From assembly GCA_963734295.1 (NCBI GenBank), contig CAVTGS010000021.1, forward strand, positions 4,892 through 68,891: a DNA stretch of 64,000 nt, written 5' to 3'. The notes below the pieces were generated by a model. That model was given only the letters and a program-made list of their open reading frames with translations, was not told the origin of the DNA and did no database searches. This document shows, in pieces, positions 32,631 through 41,514 of the stretch (its first letter is position 1; the number at the start of each line of letters is the position of its first letter). A program made the translations under genes and the position numbers. Origin of the DNA: an uncultured beta proteobacterium. Lineage in GTDB: Bacteria; Pseudomonadota; Gammaproteobacteria; Burkholderiales; JAEUMW01.

Positions 32631-33973
32631 GAGTGTCCTCCTTGTGGCGCGGGCCCGGGCACCTGCCCGGCGCCGTTATCGACGGGCGCGAACCACAGTG
32701 TGGCCGCGGCGGCGAGCTTGAGGGCGCTCGGTACCAGGGCGTACATGATGCCGAGCGCGAGCACGGAGCGCCCTGCGGCAGCGGGCTCGTAGCCCAGAAG
32801 CGCGAGCGCTGGCAACGCAATGCCCGCGGCGAGCGCGAGATTCAGCTTGGTGACCAGGTTCCAGAGCCCGAAGTAGGCGCCTTGCGCACGGATTCCCGCG
32901 CCGCGCCGGTCGCAGTCGATGACGTCGGCCAGGATCGAGGGCGGCAGGGCGAGATCGGCCCCCAGCGCGAAGCCCGACAGCGCGCACACCGCGGCGAAGG
33001 CGGTGGCATCGCCCGGTCCGAGCGCAAAGGCCCAGAAGAACCCGACTACGGAAACGACCATGCCCACGAGCCACGCCCGCTTCTTGCCGATCACCGCGGC
33101 CAGGCGCACCCACACCGGCATCCCGAACGCGCCGCAGACGAAGTACAGGGCCAGGAACGCGCCCTGGAGATCGGGGCGTTGCAGCACGTCGTCCACGTAG
33201 AAGAGCACCAGCGTCGCGGGGATCGACGCGGCGATGCCGTTCAGGACGAAGACGACGAGCAGCGCCCGGAAGCGCGGGTTCGCGAGCGGCTCGACCATGC
33301 CGGCGAAGACGCCGCCGCGCTGCGGTGCCACTGCCCGCGGTGCACGCGGCGCGTAGCGCAGCGTGAGCCACACGCAGAGCGCGAGCAGCGGCACGAAGAG
33401 CAGGCTGAAGACGGGCAGCCCCGCGCGCTCGCCGAAGACGCGCGCGAGCAGATCCGGCGCGGCCGCGGCGAGCACCACGCCCGCCAGCGACAGACCCTCG
33501 CGCGTCGCGGTGATGCGCGTGCGCTCGACATAGTCCGCGCTGATCTCGGCACCGAGCGCCTGGTAGCTGATGCTCGCGACACTGAAACCGAGATAGACGA
33601 GCACGAGAGCCGCCGCGAGCCACGTGGCTGGCGCGAGCGGCCCGCGCCATTCGGGATGGAAAAGCGCGACCATGCCGAGCGCGAGCAGGGGGGTGGCCGC
33701 TGCGATGAAGAAGAGGCGGCCGCCCTGGTTCACGAAGCCCCGGTCGCTCCAGTAGCCGAGCAGGGGATCCTGCACCGCGTCGACGCTGCGTACCGCGAGC
33801 AGGATGAAGCCGATGACGGTGATCGGCATGCCGAGGGTATCGGCATAGAACTTCGGGACATGCACGTAGATCGGGAGCGCCGCCATGCTGAGCGGCAGCC
33901 CCAGGCAGCCGTAGGCGAGGAGTGCCCGACGACCGATGAGAGACCGGCCGGCCGCCGCTGACGCCGCGGTCAC
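32627..33973 (-). CDS. MFS transporter, glycoside-pentoside-hexuronide (GPH)/MelB-like
   Basis: 448 aa with about 12 predicted hydrophobic helices. The N-terminal L.YG.LGLPL.M..LPIYV..P.FYA..LGM.....G.ILL..R..DA..DP..G.WSD is the GPH-family signature. Confidence 0.8.
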   Translation of the reverse strand: MTAASAAAGRSLIGRRALLAYGCLGLPLSMAALPIYVHVPKFYADTLGMPITVIGFILLAVRSVDAVQDPLLGYWSDRGFVNQGGRLFFIAAATPLLALGMVALFHPEWRGPLAPATWLAAALVLVYLGFSVASISYQALGAEISADYVERTRITATREGLSLAGVVLAAAAPDLLARVFGERAGLPVFSLLFVPLLALCVWLTLRYAPRAPRAVAPQRGGVFAGMVEPLANPRFRALLVVFVLNGIAASIPATLVLFYVDDVLQRPDLQGAFLALYFVCGAFGMPVWVRLAAVIGKKRAWLVGMVVSVVGFFWAFALGPGDATAFAAVCALSGFALGADLALPPSILADVIDCDRRGAGIRAQGAYFGLWNLVTKLNLALAAGIALPALALLGYEPAAAGRSVLALGIMYALVPSALKLAAAATLWFAPVDNGAGQVPGPAPQGGHS

Positions 33974-34497
33974 CGTTCGCCGAGCAGCGCCTTGCGCAGC
34001 GACGGCTCGCGGGTACGGGGATCGAGCCAGATCGCGAAAAAGGTCTCTGCGAACTCGCTATCCTCGATCGATCCCGCCGGCTGCCCCCGGTAGAAGAAGG
34101 TGGCACCCTTCCCCGGCAGGTGGGCGCCGACGATGCGATCGCCCTTCTTCACGTCCGGGAAGACAGCGGCCAGCGCGTCCGCCCAGCGCGCAAGCTTGTC
34201 CTCGTCCTGCACGCCGAGGCGGCGCATCTCGGCGATGCTGCTCTCGACCAGCCGCTTGCCGGGAATCTCCCGGGCATACTCGATGGCAAGCGCGTAAGGC
34301 TGCCGCGGGCTCCAGGTCGCGCCGCTCGACCACAGGCTCGCATCGTAGAGGTGCAGCCCGAACCAGCGCATCTCTCCTTTGCCGAGGAAGCGAAGCTCCG
34401 GTGCTTCGCGCAACAGAGGGGCGGGCAGCTGTTTGGCCGCGAGCGCGTGACTGGAGATCAGGAGCGAGAGGATCGCGATGACGAGTGAGTTACGCAC
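33970..34497 (-). CDS. Chalcone-isomerase-like family protein (secreted)
   Basis: GTG start overlapping the cfa stop. Signal peptide VRNSLVIAILSLLISSHALA, then ..LRFLGKGEMRWFGLHLYDASLW....PYAL.IEY.R.I....LV..S..EM is the chalcone_3/CHI-like pattern. Confidence 0.65.
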   Translation of the reverse strand: MRNSLVIAILSLLISSHALAAKQLPAPLLREAPELRFLGKGEMRWFGLHLYDASLWSSGATWSPRQPYALAIEYAREIPGKRLVESSIAEMRRLGVQDEDKLARWADALAAVFPDVKKGDRIVGAHLPGKGATFFYRGQPAGSIEDSEFAETFFAIWLDPRTREPSLRKALLGER

Positions 34498-35707
34498 GGC
34501 AGAGCTCCACTTGAAAGACGTCCGTCGAGCGGGCGCGGAAGCCGGCTTCGCAGTAGGCCAGATAAAAATTCCACAGTCGCACGAAGCGCTCGTCGAAACC
34601 GAGCGCCCGCACCTCGGCGATCGCCCGGTTGAAGCGGACGCGCCAGCGACGCAGCGTCTCGGCGTAATCCCCGCCGAAACCGAACGCATCGGTGATGGCG
34701 AGACCCGCGCGCTCCACCTCGCGGCGCAGGACCTGGGGCGATGCCAGCATGCCCCCCGGAAACACGTACTGCTGGATGAAGTCGGTGCCGCGGCGGTAGC
34801 GATCGAACAGCTCGTCGTCGATGGTGATTGCCTGAACGAGCGCCCTGCCGCCGGGTTTGAGACGGTCGCGGACCGTGCAGAAGTAGACCGGCCAATAGCG
34901 CTCCCCCACGGCCTCGTACATCTCGAGCGAGACCACGTGGTCGTACCTGCCGGCGCTGTCGCGGTAATCCAGCAGCTCGAAACGGGTGTGGTCCTGCAGG
35001 CCCTCGCGCAGCGCGCGCGACCGTGCCCAGCGCAGCTGCTCCTCGGACAGCGTGAGGCCGTGGACGAAGCAGCCGCGGGTGGCCGCCGCGTGCACGGCGA
35101 AGGCGCCCCAGCCGCAACCGATCTCGAGGATGCGGTCCCCCGGCCGTACGTCGAGGCGATCGAGCACGCGGTCGTACTTGGCGCGCTGAGCGGCCTCCAG
35201 CGAGCGCGACGCATCGCCCGCGTAAATCCCGGCCGAGTAGGTCATCGAATCGTCGAGCCACAGCCGATAGAACTCGTTGCCGAGGTCGTAATGGGCCGCG
35301 ATGTTGCGGCGGCTGCCGGTGCGGGTGTTGGCGCGCAGGAAATGCCGCACGCGATAGAGGATCTGTCCCCACCAGTGCCCGTAGATCGCTTTCTCGACCG
35401 CGTCCCGGTTGAGCGCGGCGAGCGTGATCAGGTTCACGAGATCGTCGGTCTCCCAGAGATGGTCGATATAGCCTTCGGCGAAACCCACGTCGCCGCGCCG
35501 AAGCATCTCGCCGCACGCCTGCCAGTCGAGCACGTCGAAGCAGGCGGCAGGACCCGGCAATTCGCCCTGCAAGGAAACGCCCACCCCTTCCGGCGTGTTC
35601 AATCTCAGGCTGCCGTAGCGCAGCCGCGACAAGAGCGACAAGAGCAGCCGCGATGCGCGCGGCATCGGTACGGCGGCGGGAACGAGTTCAGCTTCGAATG
35701 GCTTCAT
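34490..35707 (-). CDS. cfa: Cyclopropane-fatty-acyl-phospholipid synthase family SAM-dependent methyltransferase
   Basis: 405 aa. AHYDLGNEFYRLWLD.SMTYS...QRAKYDR.LD.L....GDRILEIGCGWG.FA..AA...G..V.G.TLS.EQ are canonical CMAS motifs. Confidence 0.9.
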   Translation of the reverse strand: MKPFEAELVPAAVPMPRASRLLLSLLSRLRYGSLRLNTPEGVGVSLQGELPGPAACFDVLDWQACGEMLRRGDVGFAEGYIDHLWETDDLVNLITLAALNRDAVEKAIYGHWWGQILYRVRHFLRANTRTGSRRNIAAHYDLGNEFYRLWLDDSMTYSAGIYAGDASRSLEAAQRAKYDRVLDRLDVRPGDRILEIGCGWGAFAVHAAATRGCFVHGLTLSEEQLRWARSRALREGLQDHTRFELLDYRDSAGRYDHVVSLEMYEAVGERYWPVYFCTVRDRLKPGGRALVQAITIDDELFDRYRRGTDFIQQYVFPGGMLASPQVLRREVERAGLAITDAFGFGGDYAETLRRWRVRFNRAIAEVRALGFDERFVRLWNFYLAYCEAGFRARSTDVFQVELCRA

Positions 35708-36503
35708 CGGTCATCGGGTGCAGGGGGACAGCGGGGTCCACGTCGGAGCGCGTGAGATCGCGGGACGGGGGTGCGGGTTTGCGGAAAAATTCCACTCGTT
35801 TGAGCCAGAGCCGCAGGGCCTGGTAGTGGATGCGCGCGATGACGGAGAGCGTCATCAGCGGGCGGCGGGCGAACGCGAATGCCAGGGCACGGCTCGACAG
35901 CGATTCGGCCCGGCCCGAGATGGTGGTGTAGAGCAGCTTGCCGGTCGCGTCTTCGTAGTCGATGCGAAACAGGCTGTCCGCGGGATCGGCGCGGAAACGG
36001 AAGCGGTAGGTGCCCCGCACGTCGAAAAAGGGCGAGACGTGAAAGACCTTGCGGGCGGTGAACTCGTCGCCCGCGGTGATCGCACGTCCGTCCGGATGCG
36101 ACAGCAGGTAATGGTGGTATTCGCCGAAGGTGTTGTTGACCTCGGCGAGCACCGCGCGCAGCGCCCCGGCAAGGTCATGACAGAGCCAGAAGCTCACCGG
36201 ATTGAAGGCGTAGCCGAGTACGCGCGGAAAGGTCTGCAGCCAGACCTCGCCGTCGGCAAAGGGGAGGCCCTCGCGAGTCAGCAAGGCGCGGATCCATGGC
36301 CGAAGATCCGAACCGTCGCGAGGGCCATAGTCGGCAACACGAAGGCTGAACAGGTTGCGGCCGTTCAGCGCAAAGAGCGGGCCGCGCAGCGACTCCATGC
36401 GCTCGAGCGGGAACCGGATGAAGAACACCCGGTAGCTGAACCGATGCGGGGCCGGACGCACCCGGTAGTGCATGACGCGGCCGGAGAAAAGCAGCGCGCT
36501 CAC
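35688..36503 (-). CDS. DUF1365-family protein
   Basis: 271 aa. MSALLFSGRVMHYRVRPAPHRFSYRVFFIRFPL...PRVLGYAFNPVSFW is the DUF1365 signature. GTG start. Confidence 0.85.
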   Translation of the reverse strand: MSALLFSGRVMHYRVRPAPHRFSYRVFFIRFPLERMESLRGPLFALNGRNLFSLRVADYGPRDGSDLRPWIRALLTREGLPFADGEVWLQTFPRVLGYAFNPVSFWLCHDLAGALRAVLAEVNNTFGEYHHYLLSHPDGRAITAGDEFTARKVFHVSPFFDVRGTYRFRFRADPADSLFRIDYEDATGKLLYTTISGRAESLSSRALAFAFARRPLMTLSVIARIHYQALRLWLKRVEFFRKPAPPSRDLTRSDVDPAVPLHPMTDEAIRS

Positions 36504-36619
36504 GCGGCCGCCTCCGATCCGCCCGCGTTATCCCGGGAACCGCAGTGTCGGCAGCCGGGCGCACTCACTTTGCCGTCGATCCCCGCGCTTCGCGCAGGAC
36601 CCCGCGCCGGGTAGCTCAT
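36500..36619 (-). CDS. Unlisted 39-codon micro-ORF (MSYPARGPARSAGIDGKVSAPGCRHCGSRDNAGGSEAAA) coupled to both neighbours
   Basis: Its ATG overlaps the TGA of the FAD oxidoreductase (GCATGA). Its TGA overlaps the GTG of DUF1365 (GCGTGAGC). It exactly fills the only gap of this size between the genes from folE2 to the SDR. GC-rich third codon positions match the neighbours, and it contains a C-x-x-C pair. It is the tail of track ORF 36500..36982. Confidence 0.4.
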   Translation of the reverse strand: MSYPARGPARSAGIDGKVSAPGCRHCGSRDNAGGSEAAA

Positions 36620-37902
36620 GCCGCCACCTCCTCCGCCTGCCACGGTGCGAAGCATCCGAGCGCGTTCGCGACGGCCAAGCCGGCCCTGAGGCCGTCCTCG
36701 TGGAAACCATAGCGGGTCCAGGCCCCGCAAAACCAGGTGCGGCGCCGCCCCTGGACCGCTTGCAGCCTGCCCTGCGCTTCGATCGCGGGTCCATCGAACG
36801 CGGGGTGCGCGTAATCGAAACGCGCGAGCACCGACTCCGGACGCGGCGCCGCGGTGGGATTCAACGTGACGATGACCGGGGTCGAGAAGGGGAGCGGCTG
36901 CAGCTTGTTGATGAGGTAACTCACGCTCACGGGGCGCCTGGCGGGGCTGCCGCGCGCGGCGTGGTAGTTCCAGGCCGACCAAGCCTCGCGCGAGCGCGGC
37001 AGGAAGTCGGCATCGGTATGCAGCAACGCGACGTTGGGCTCATAACGAATGCGCCCGAGCAGATCGGACTCCGCGGCGGAGGCGTCGCCGAGCAATCGCA
37101 GCGACTGGTCGCTGTGGCAGGCGAGCACGACCTGGTCGTAGCGCTCGCACTCACCCGTCGCCGTTTCGACTTCCACGAACGTGTCACGGCGGCGCACCCG
37201 GGATACCGGCGTTGCGATCCGGATGTCGTCGAGGCAGGCCGCGAGCCGGCGCACGTACTCGCGTCCACCTCCCAGAACCGTGCGCCACTGGGGGCGGTCG
37301 ACGATCTGGAGCAGGCCGTGATTCTGGCAGAAGCGGAAAAAAGTCCGCGCCGGGTAGGCCAACATCTGGTCGGTGGGGCAGGACCAGATCGCCGCTGCCA
37401 TGGGCAGCAGGTACCAGTCGCGAAAGGGACGGCCGTAGCGACGCTCGTCGAGGAAGCGCGCGACCGTGTACGCGGGATCCAGCGTCGCCTGCGCGAGGTT
37501 CGAAGCCTCCCGGTTGAAGCGGAGAATGTCGCCCAGCATGGACCAGAACTCCGGCCGCACGAGGTTCCGCTTCTGCGCGAACACCGTCGCCAGGGACGCG
37601 CCCGCCCACTCGATGCCTTCGTGGTCGAGGCGGACCGAAAAGGACATCTCGCTTGCTGCCTCGCGGACCCCCAGATGCCGGAAGAGTGCGATGAGATTCG
37701 GATACGTTCGATCGTTGAAGACGAGGAAGCCGGTGTCGACCGGGTGCGTGATGCCGTCGAGGGTGACATCCACGGTGTTGGTGTGGCCGCCGAGGTAGTC
37801 GTTTGCCTCGAAGAGCGTTACGCCGTAGCGGCGTGACAAGAGCCACGCCGCCGAGAGCCCAGCAATGCCAGACCCGACGACGGCGATGCGGGAATCGGCC
37901 AT
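36616..37902 (-). CDS. NAD(P)/FAD-dependent oxidoreductase (amine-oxidase / phytoene-desaturase-like fold)
   Basis: 428 aa. RIAVVGSGIAGLSAAWLL (GxGxxG) ...VTLFEA...LGGH. Conserved partner of DUF1365 and cfa. Confidence 0.85.
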   Translation of the reverse strand: MADSRIAVVGSGIAGLSAAWLLSRRYGVTLFEANDYLGGHTNTVDVTLDGITHPVDTGFLVFNDRTYPNLIALFRHLGVREAASEMSFSVRLDHEGIEWAGASLATVFAQKRNLVRPEFWSMLGDILRFNREASNLAQATLDPAYTVARFLDERRYGRPFRDWYLLPMAAAIWSCPTDQMLAYPARTFFRFCQNHGLLQIVDRPQWRTVLGGGREYVRRLAACLDDIRIATPVSRVRRRDTFVEVETATGECERYDQVVLACHSDQSLRLLGDASAAESDLLGRIRYEPNVALLHTDADFLPRSREAWSAWNYHAARGSPARRPVSVSYLINKLQPLPFSTPVIVTLNPTAAPRPESVLARFDYAHPAFDGPAIEAQGRLQAVQGRRRTWFCGAWTRYGFHEDGLRAGLAVANALGCFAPWQAEEVAA

Positions 37903-37907
37903 GACGG

Positions 37908-38744
37908 TCAGCCCTTGCGGTTTTCGATCAGCGCATACGCAGAGTGGTTGTGGATGGACTCGAAGTTTTCCGACTCCACCACGTACGCCCGCACCCGGTC
38001 ATCGCGATCGAGGCGACCGGCCACGTCCCGCACCATGTCCTCCACGAACTTGGGATTGTCGTAAGCGCGCTCGGTAACGTACTTTTCGTCTGGCCGCTTG
38101 AGCAGACCGTAGACCTCGCAGGAGGCCTCTTCTTCGGCTACACCGACCAGTTCTTCGATGGTCATCGGCTGCCCGAGCTCCACGGTGATAGTCACGTGGG
38201 AGCGCTGGTTGTGAGCACCATAATCCGAAATTTCCTTCGAGCAGGGGCACAAACTGGTGACGGGCACCTGCACCTTCATGCTGAGGCGGAAGCCGTCCCA
38301 GGAGGGCGCGCGATTAAGAAAGCCGAGATCCGAGATGCCCCGCGCCATTTCCGCGCGCAGCGCCACGTGATGGTCGAGGAGGCTCGCAACACCGGACACG
38401 GGCGCTTTCTTGGAGATGAAGTACGGAAAACGCAGCTCGATCCACCCGGTCTCGGCTTCGAGCCGGTCCAGCATGGCGAGCATCAGGCGATGCATGCCGT
38501 GATAATCGATGGCGCCGTCGAAGCCCTGGAGAATTTCCACGAAGCGCGACATGTGGGTGCCTTTCTGATGCGGCGGCAAGCCCACGTACATGTCCACGTG
38601 CGCCACGGTCGGCACGAGTTCGCCTGCCGCAGCGGCGACCCGGATCGGATGAAGCATCGACTTCACGCCCACGCGATCGATCGCGATGCGGCGGTGGTCG
38701 ACCTCGGACTGGATATCGGGAAGTATCCTTTCGGGCGCGTTCAT
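37908..38744 (-). CDS. folE2: GTP cyclohydrolase I type 2 (FolE2)
   Basis: 278 aa. LPDIQSE.D.R.I.IDRVGVK....PI.V.........T.A...MYV.LP...KGTHMSRF........[16 protein letters not shown] is the GCH1B/FolE2 signature. Confidence 0.9.
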   Translation of the reverse strand: MNAPERILPDIQSEVDHRRIAIDRVGVKSMLHPIRVAAAAGELVPTVAHVDMYVGLPPHQKGTHMSRFVEILQGFDGAIDYHGMHRLMLAMLDRLEAETGWIELRFPYFISKKAPVSGVASLLDHHVALRAEMARGISDLGFLNRAPSWDGFRLSMKVQVPVTSLCPCSKEISDYGAHNQRSHVTITVELGQPMTIEELVGVAEEEASCEVYGLLKRPDEKYVTERAYDNPKFVEDMVRDVAGRLDRDDRVRAYVVESENFESIHNHSAYALIENRKG

Positions 38745-38807
38745 TCAAAGCTCCTGTAATGGGATCGAGACCCCGGCGGGCGCGGGGCCCCGTCGCACCC
38801 CGCACGC

Positions 38808-39122
38808 TCAGACTGGACGGGGCCGCGTCGACGCGGCGTCGAGGATTTCGACAGCGTTGCCGGAAATATCTTGAACGTAAACCGAGCGCGTGCCGTCACG
38901 ATGCGTCTCGAGGCGTCCGAAACGCTCGGCGTGAGGATGCGTCACGGCGATGTGAGGCGGATGCTGCTGGTGGGACACGAGCGCGAGCGAGACATTTTCG
39001 AACTCGAGCATGGCCCACGTCGCATCCTGGTACGAAACGCTGCAATTGAAGGCGCCACGATACCACGACACCGCCGAAGCTACGTCGTTGACATGCAGGG
39101 CAACGTGGTGAATGGAAGTCAT
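38808..39122 (-). CDS. VOC (glyoxalase/bleomycin-resistance/dioxygenase) family protein
   Basis: MTSIHHVALHVNDVASAVSWY...F.............LEF.NVSLALV......PHIA.....YVQD..GN.VEIL is a single VOC module. Start taken at the internal Met (39122). Confidence 0.75.
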   Translation of the reverse strand: MTSIHHVALHVNDVASAVSWYRGAFNCSVSYQDATWAMLEFENVSLALVSHQQHPPHIAVTHPHAERFGRLETHRDGTRSVYVQDISGNAVEILDAASTRPRPV

Positions 39123-39136
39123 GTCGACTCGAAGCG

Positions 39137-39691
39137 TTACCTTACCGTGGCGGACAGCATCGATTCGATCCGGGAGGTAAGCGCCACGCTCTCGGGCGCG
39201 ACCTGGCTCGGAAACGAAACGACCATGGTGCCGGTTCTGTCCACCAGATACTTGTGGAAGTTCCATTGCGGTGCCTCGCGACTCGCGGCGGTGAGCTCCC
39301 GGAAGACCGGATTGGCACCCGAACCAGCCACCGAAGACTTTTCAAACATCGGGAACTGCACTTGGAAGGCGCGTTCGCAGAAAGCCGCGATATCTTTGCT
39401 GCTGCCGGGCTCCTGATGGCCGAAATCGTTGGAGGGAAAGCCGAGCACCACGAGCCCGCGATCCCTGTATTTTCGATACAGCGCTTCCAACCCCTGATAC
39501 TGCCCCGTAAAACCGCAAAAGCTCGCGGTGTTGACGATGAGCAGCACCTTGCCACGATACGCGCAGAGATCTTGAGTCGAGCCCTGTAGCGTTGGCAGCT
39601 TGTGCCGCAGCAGGGGTGCACAACCCGAGTCGTTCGCAGCGTTCGCTATGCCCCCAATCATAAGCGCGAGCGCAACCACGGCGGCTCTCAT
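39137..39691 (-). CDS. Glutathione peroxidase (Cys-type, with signal peptide)
   Basis: GKVLLIVNTASFCGFT.QY..LEALY.KY.DRGLVVLGFPSNDFG.QEPG....I..FC......FPMF.K..V......P.F..L......WNF.KYLVDR.G are GPx motifs. Confidence 0.9.
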   Translation of the reverse strand: MRAAVVALALMIGGIANAANDSGCAPLLRHKLPTLQGSTQDLCAYRGKVLLIVNTASFCGFTGQYQGLEALYRKYRDRGLVVLGFPSNDFGHQEPGSSKDIAAFCERAFQVQFPMFEKSSVAGSGANPVFRELTAASREAPQWNFHKYLVDRTGTMVVSFPSQVAPESVALTSRIESMLSATVR

Positions 39692-40038
39692 GGCACTGCG
39701 CTCCCCTGCCCGGATTCGCCGCAGGCGGGACCGTGGTACGCGCGAATGGCTTGACCCAGCGTCAAGTGGGACACGGCTTCACAGTGCAGGGCGAGGAATG
39801 AACTGATCGGGACCTCGTCGGCGGACAACGCCGGCACCTTGTTGTCTGGGACAGAAGCCGACGGCGTGACGAGGCTGGAATCGACGCCCGCGCTCGGCGA
39901 CCGCGCTGCTACCCGCTCCATCTTGCCGCCTGCGTTTTCGCACGTGCCGGCCGCCTGCGCCGACATCGCCGCGAATAGGAGGATCATGATCAGGACGCAG
40001 GCGCGCTTAATCCACGACTCAAATTCGCTTGTGTTCAT
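39688..40038 (-). CDS. Small secreted hypothetical protein, first gene of the operon
   Basis: MNTSEFESWIKRACVLIMILLFAAMSAQAAG is a signal peptide. ATGA overlap with the gpx start. I prefer the ATG at 40038 because the sigma70-like promoter lies between it and the upstream TTG (40056). I recognise no family. Confidence 0.5.
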   Translation of the reverse strand: MNTSEFESWIKRACVLIMILLFAAMSAQAAGTCENAGGKMERVAARSPSAGVDSSLVTPSASVPDNKVPALSADEVPISSFLALHCEAVSHLTLGQAIRAYHGPACGESGQGSAVP

Positions 40039-40043
40039 CGCTT

Positions 40044-40119
40044 TTGTCCTAGTCAACTGAAGGAAGTGTCGCTACACTACGGTCGGCGTGAAGATTTGTC
40101 AACAGTTTGGCTAGGACAA
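40044..40119. promoter_or_regulatory. Inverted pair of a 13-mer, TTG(A/G)CTAGGACAA, bracketing the divergent promoter region (candidate operator)
   Basis: TTGTCCTAGTCAA at 40044-40056 and TTGGCTAGGACAA at 40107-40119 are reverse complements at 12 of 13 positions. Each copy lies 5-10 nt upstream of the start codon of the gene it faces (ATG 40038 on minus, ATG 40130 on plus). Confidence 0.45.
40074..40102 (-). promoter_or_regulatory. Sigma70-like promoter for the 12-gene minus-strand operon
   Basis: The minus strand reads TTGACA (40102-40097), then 17 nt, then TAGTGT (40079-40074). This is a consensus -35 box with ideal spacing, 36 nt upstream of the ATG at 40038. Confidence 0.5.
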
Positions 40120-40129
40120 ACAGTGAAAA

Positions 40130-41056
40130 ATGGCTTCGATCATTCGAAGGGTTCCTGAAGAAGGGCCAGCGGTCAGCATTGCGGCAGTGGAGCGCGATAC
40201 CGGGCTGTCCAAGGACACGCTACGAATGTGGGAGCGGCGCTATCGGTTTCCCTCGCCGCTGCGGGACGCAAATGGCGAGCGCCTCTATCCGCGCAGTCAA
40301 GTCGACAAGCTGCGGCTCGTGAAGCGGCTGATGGACCGGGGCCACCGACCGGGCCGAATCATGAGCTGCAGCCTGGAGGAGCTCTCGGCGCTCACGTCCG
40401 AATCGGGCGCAGGGATTGAGTCGGCGCACGAACTTGGCACTGTCCTGCGCCTGGTGCAGACGCATCAGATCCCCGCGCTCCGGCAGCAGCTCGCGCAGAT
40501 GTTGATGAAGCAGGGACTGCAACGGTTCGTGCTCGATACGGTCGCACCCCTCAACCAGCTCATCGGCGACGCGTGGATGCGCGGCGAGCTCGCCGTCTTC
40601 GAAGAGCACCTGTACAGCGAGCAGATCCAGGGGGCGCTGCGCTCTGCGATCCTGAATCTGCATCAGCCATCCCAACCGCCGCGGGTCTTGCTGACTTCGT
40701 TCCCGAACGAGGAGCATCGGCTCGGGCTCCTCATGGTCGAAGCGCTACTCACCGTGGAAGGTGCGACCTGTATCGGCCTCGGCAACGAGATCCCCCTCGT
40801 CGAGATCGTGGAGGCGGCGTTCGCCCATCGCGCCGATGTCGTTGGCCTGTCTTTCAGCGGTGCCTTCCAGGTCCATGCCGCGGTGGCGGGACTGAAGGAA
40901 TTGCGCAACGGGCTGCCTCGCAGCGTGTCGATCTGGGTGGGCGGCAGCGGCATGGAGCGCGTGCGCAGACCCGTCCCGGGCATCACCGTCATGCGCAGCC
41001 TCGAGGAGGTGCTGGAGGCGCTCACTGCTTGGCGCGATTCGCATCCGACCCTGTAA
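40130..41056 (+). CDS. MerR-family transcriptional regulator with C-terminal cobalamin-binding domain (LitR/CarH-like)
   Basis: The N-terminal MerR HTH is SIAAVERDTGLSKDTLRMWERRYRFP.P.R...G.R.Y. The C-terminal Rossmann-like domain carries B12-type landmarks: E-E-H-R-L-G (DxHxxG position), GLSFSG and WVGGSG. Confidence 0.8.
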   Translation: MASIIRRVPEEGPAVSIAAVERDTGLSKDTLRMWERRYRFPSPLRDANGERLYPRSQVDKLRLVKRLMDRGHRPGRIMSCSLEELSALTSESGAGIESAHELGTVLRLVQTHQIPALRQQLAQMLMKQGLQRFVLDTVAPLNQLIGDAWMRGELAVFEEHLYSEQIQGALRSAILNLHQPSQPPRVLLTSFPNEEHRLGLLMVEALLTVEGATCIGLGNEIPLVEIVEAAFAHRADVVGLSFSGAFQVHAAVAGLKELRNGLPRSVSIWVGGSGMERVRRPVPGITVMRSLEEVLEALTAWRDSHPTL

Positions 41057-41514
41057 TGCATCCATGTTTTCGGCGCAAGCGGTGGTGCCGCCGCCTCACG
41101 GCCATGCGCCATTTCGCCGGGTTGCTCGCCCGGTAGCCCTTCCCTCTCCCCTACGCGCGTCTCGACGATCCGGATGTGGCCGTGGACGATTTCGCCGCGA
41201 TCGTTGCGTGCTAGCTAGGAAGAGCGTCACCAACCCGGGGCGGTGGTGGTCACGGACCCGGCGAGAATAGCGTGCTGGCGGCGCTGCAGGTCGGTCCCTC
41301 GGCCTGCCCACTTACGGTACTATACTGGGCGTTTCTGGAGCGACCGGGGACGTCGCTCGCGGCGAGCCCGCGGACCTCTGATGGTGCGCAGCCTCACACG
41401 CCTCGACGCGTCGGAGCGCTCGACGATCCGCACTCGCGCCGACCGGATGCTGGCGGACCCGGGCAATCTCCAGGCGGGATCTGCCTCCCTCTACCATTGT
41501 GAAAGGTGTCCGTC

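Noticed and set aside
32633-35755. Long plus-strand ORFs (32633..33961, 34478..35755) and a second minus frame (32676..34106, 34458..35516) over the MFS and cfa genes
   Set aside because: All are alternative-frame shadows of confidently identified genes. Their translations are Arg/Gly/Pro-rich with no domain signatures.
41230-41310. Cobalamin riboswitch upstream of the di-iron gene, suggested by the adjacent B12-type regulator
   Set aside because: GCAGGTCGGTCCCTCGGCCTGCC only vaguely resembles a B12 box. The other conserved riboswitch blocks (GGGAA, GGTG.AA.TCC, GCCACTG) are absent.
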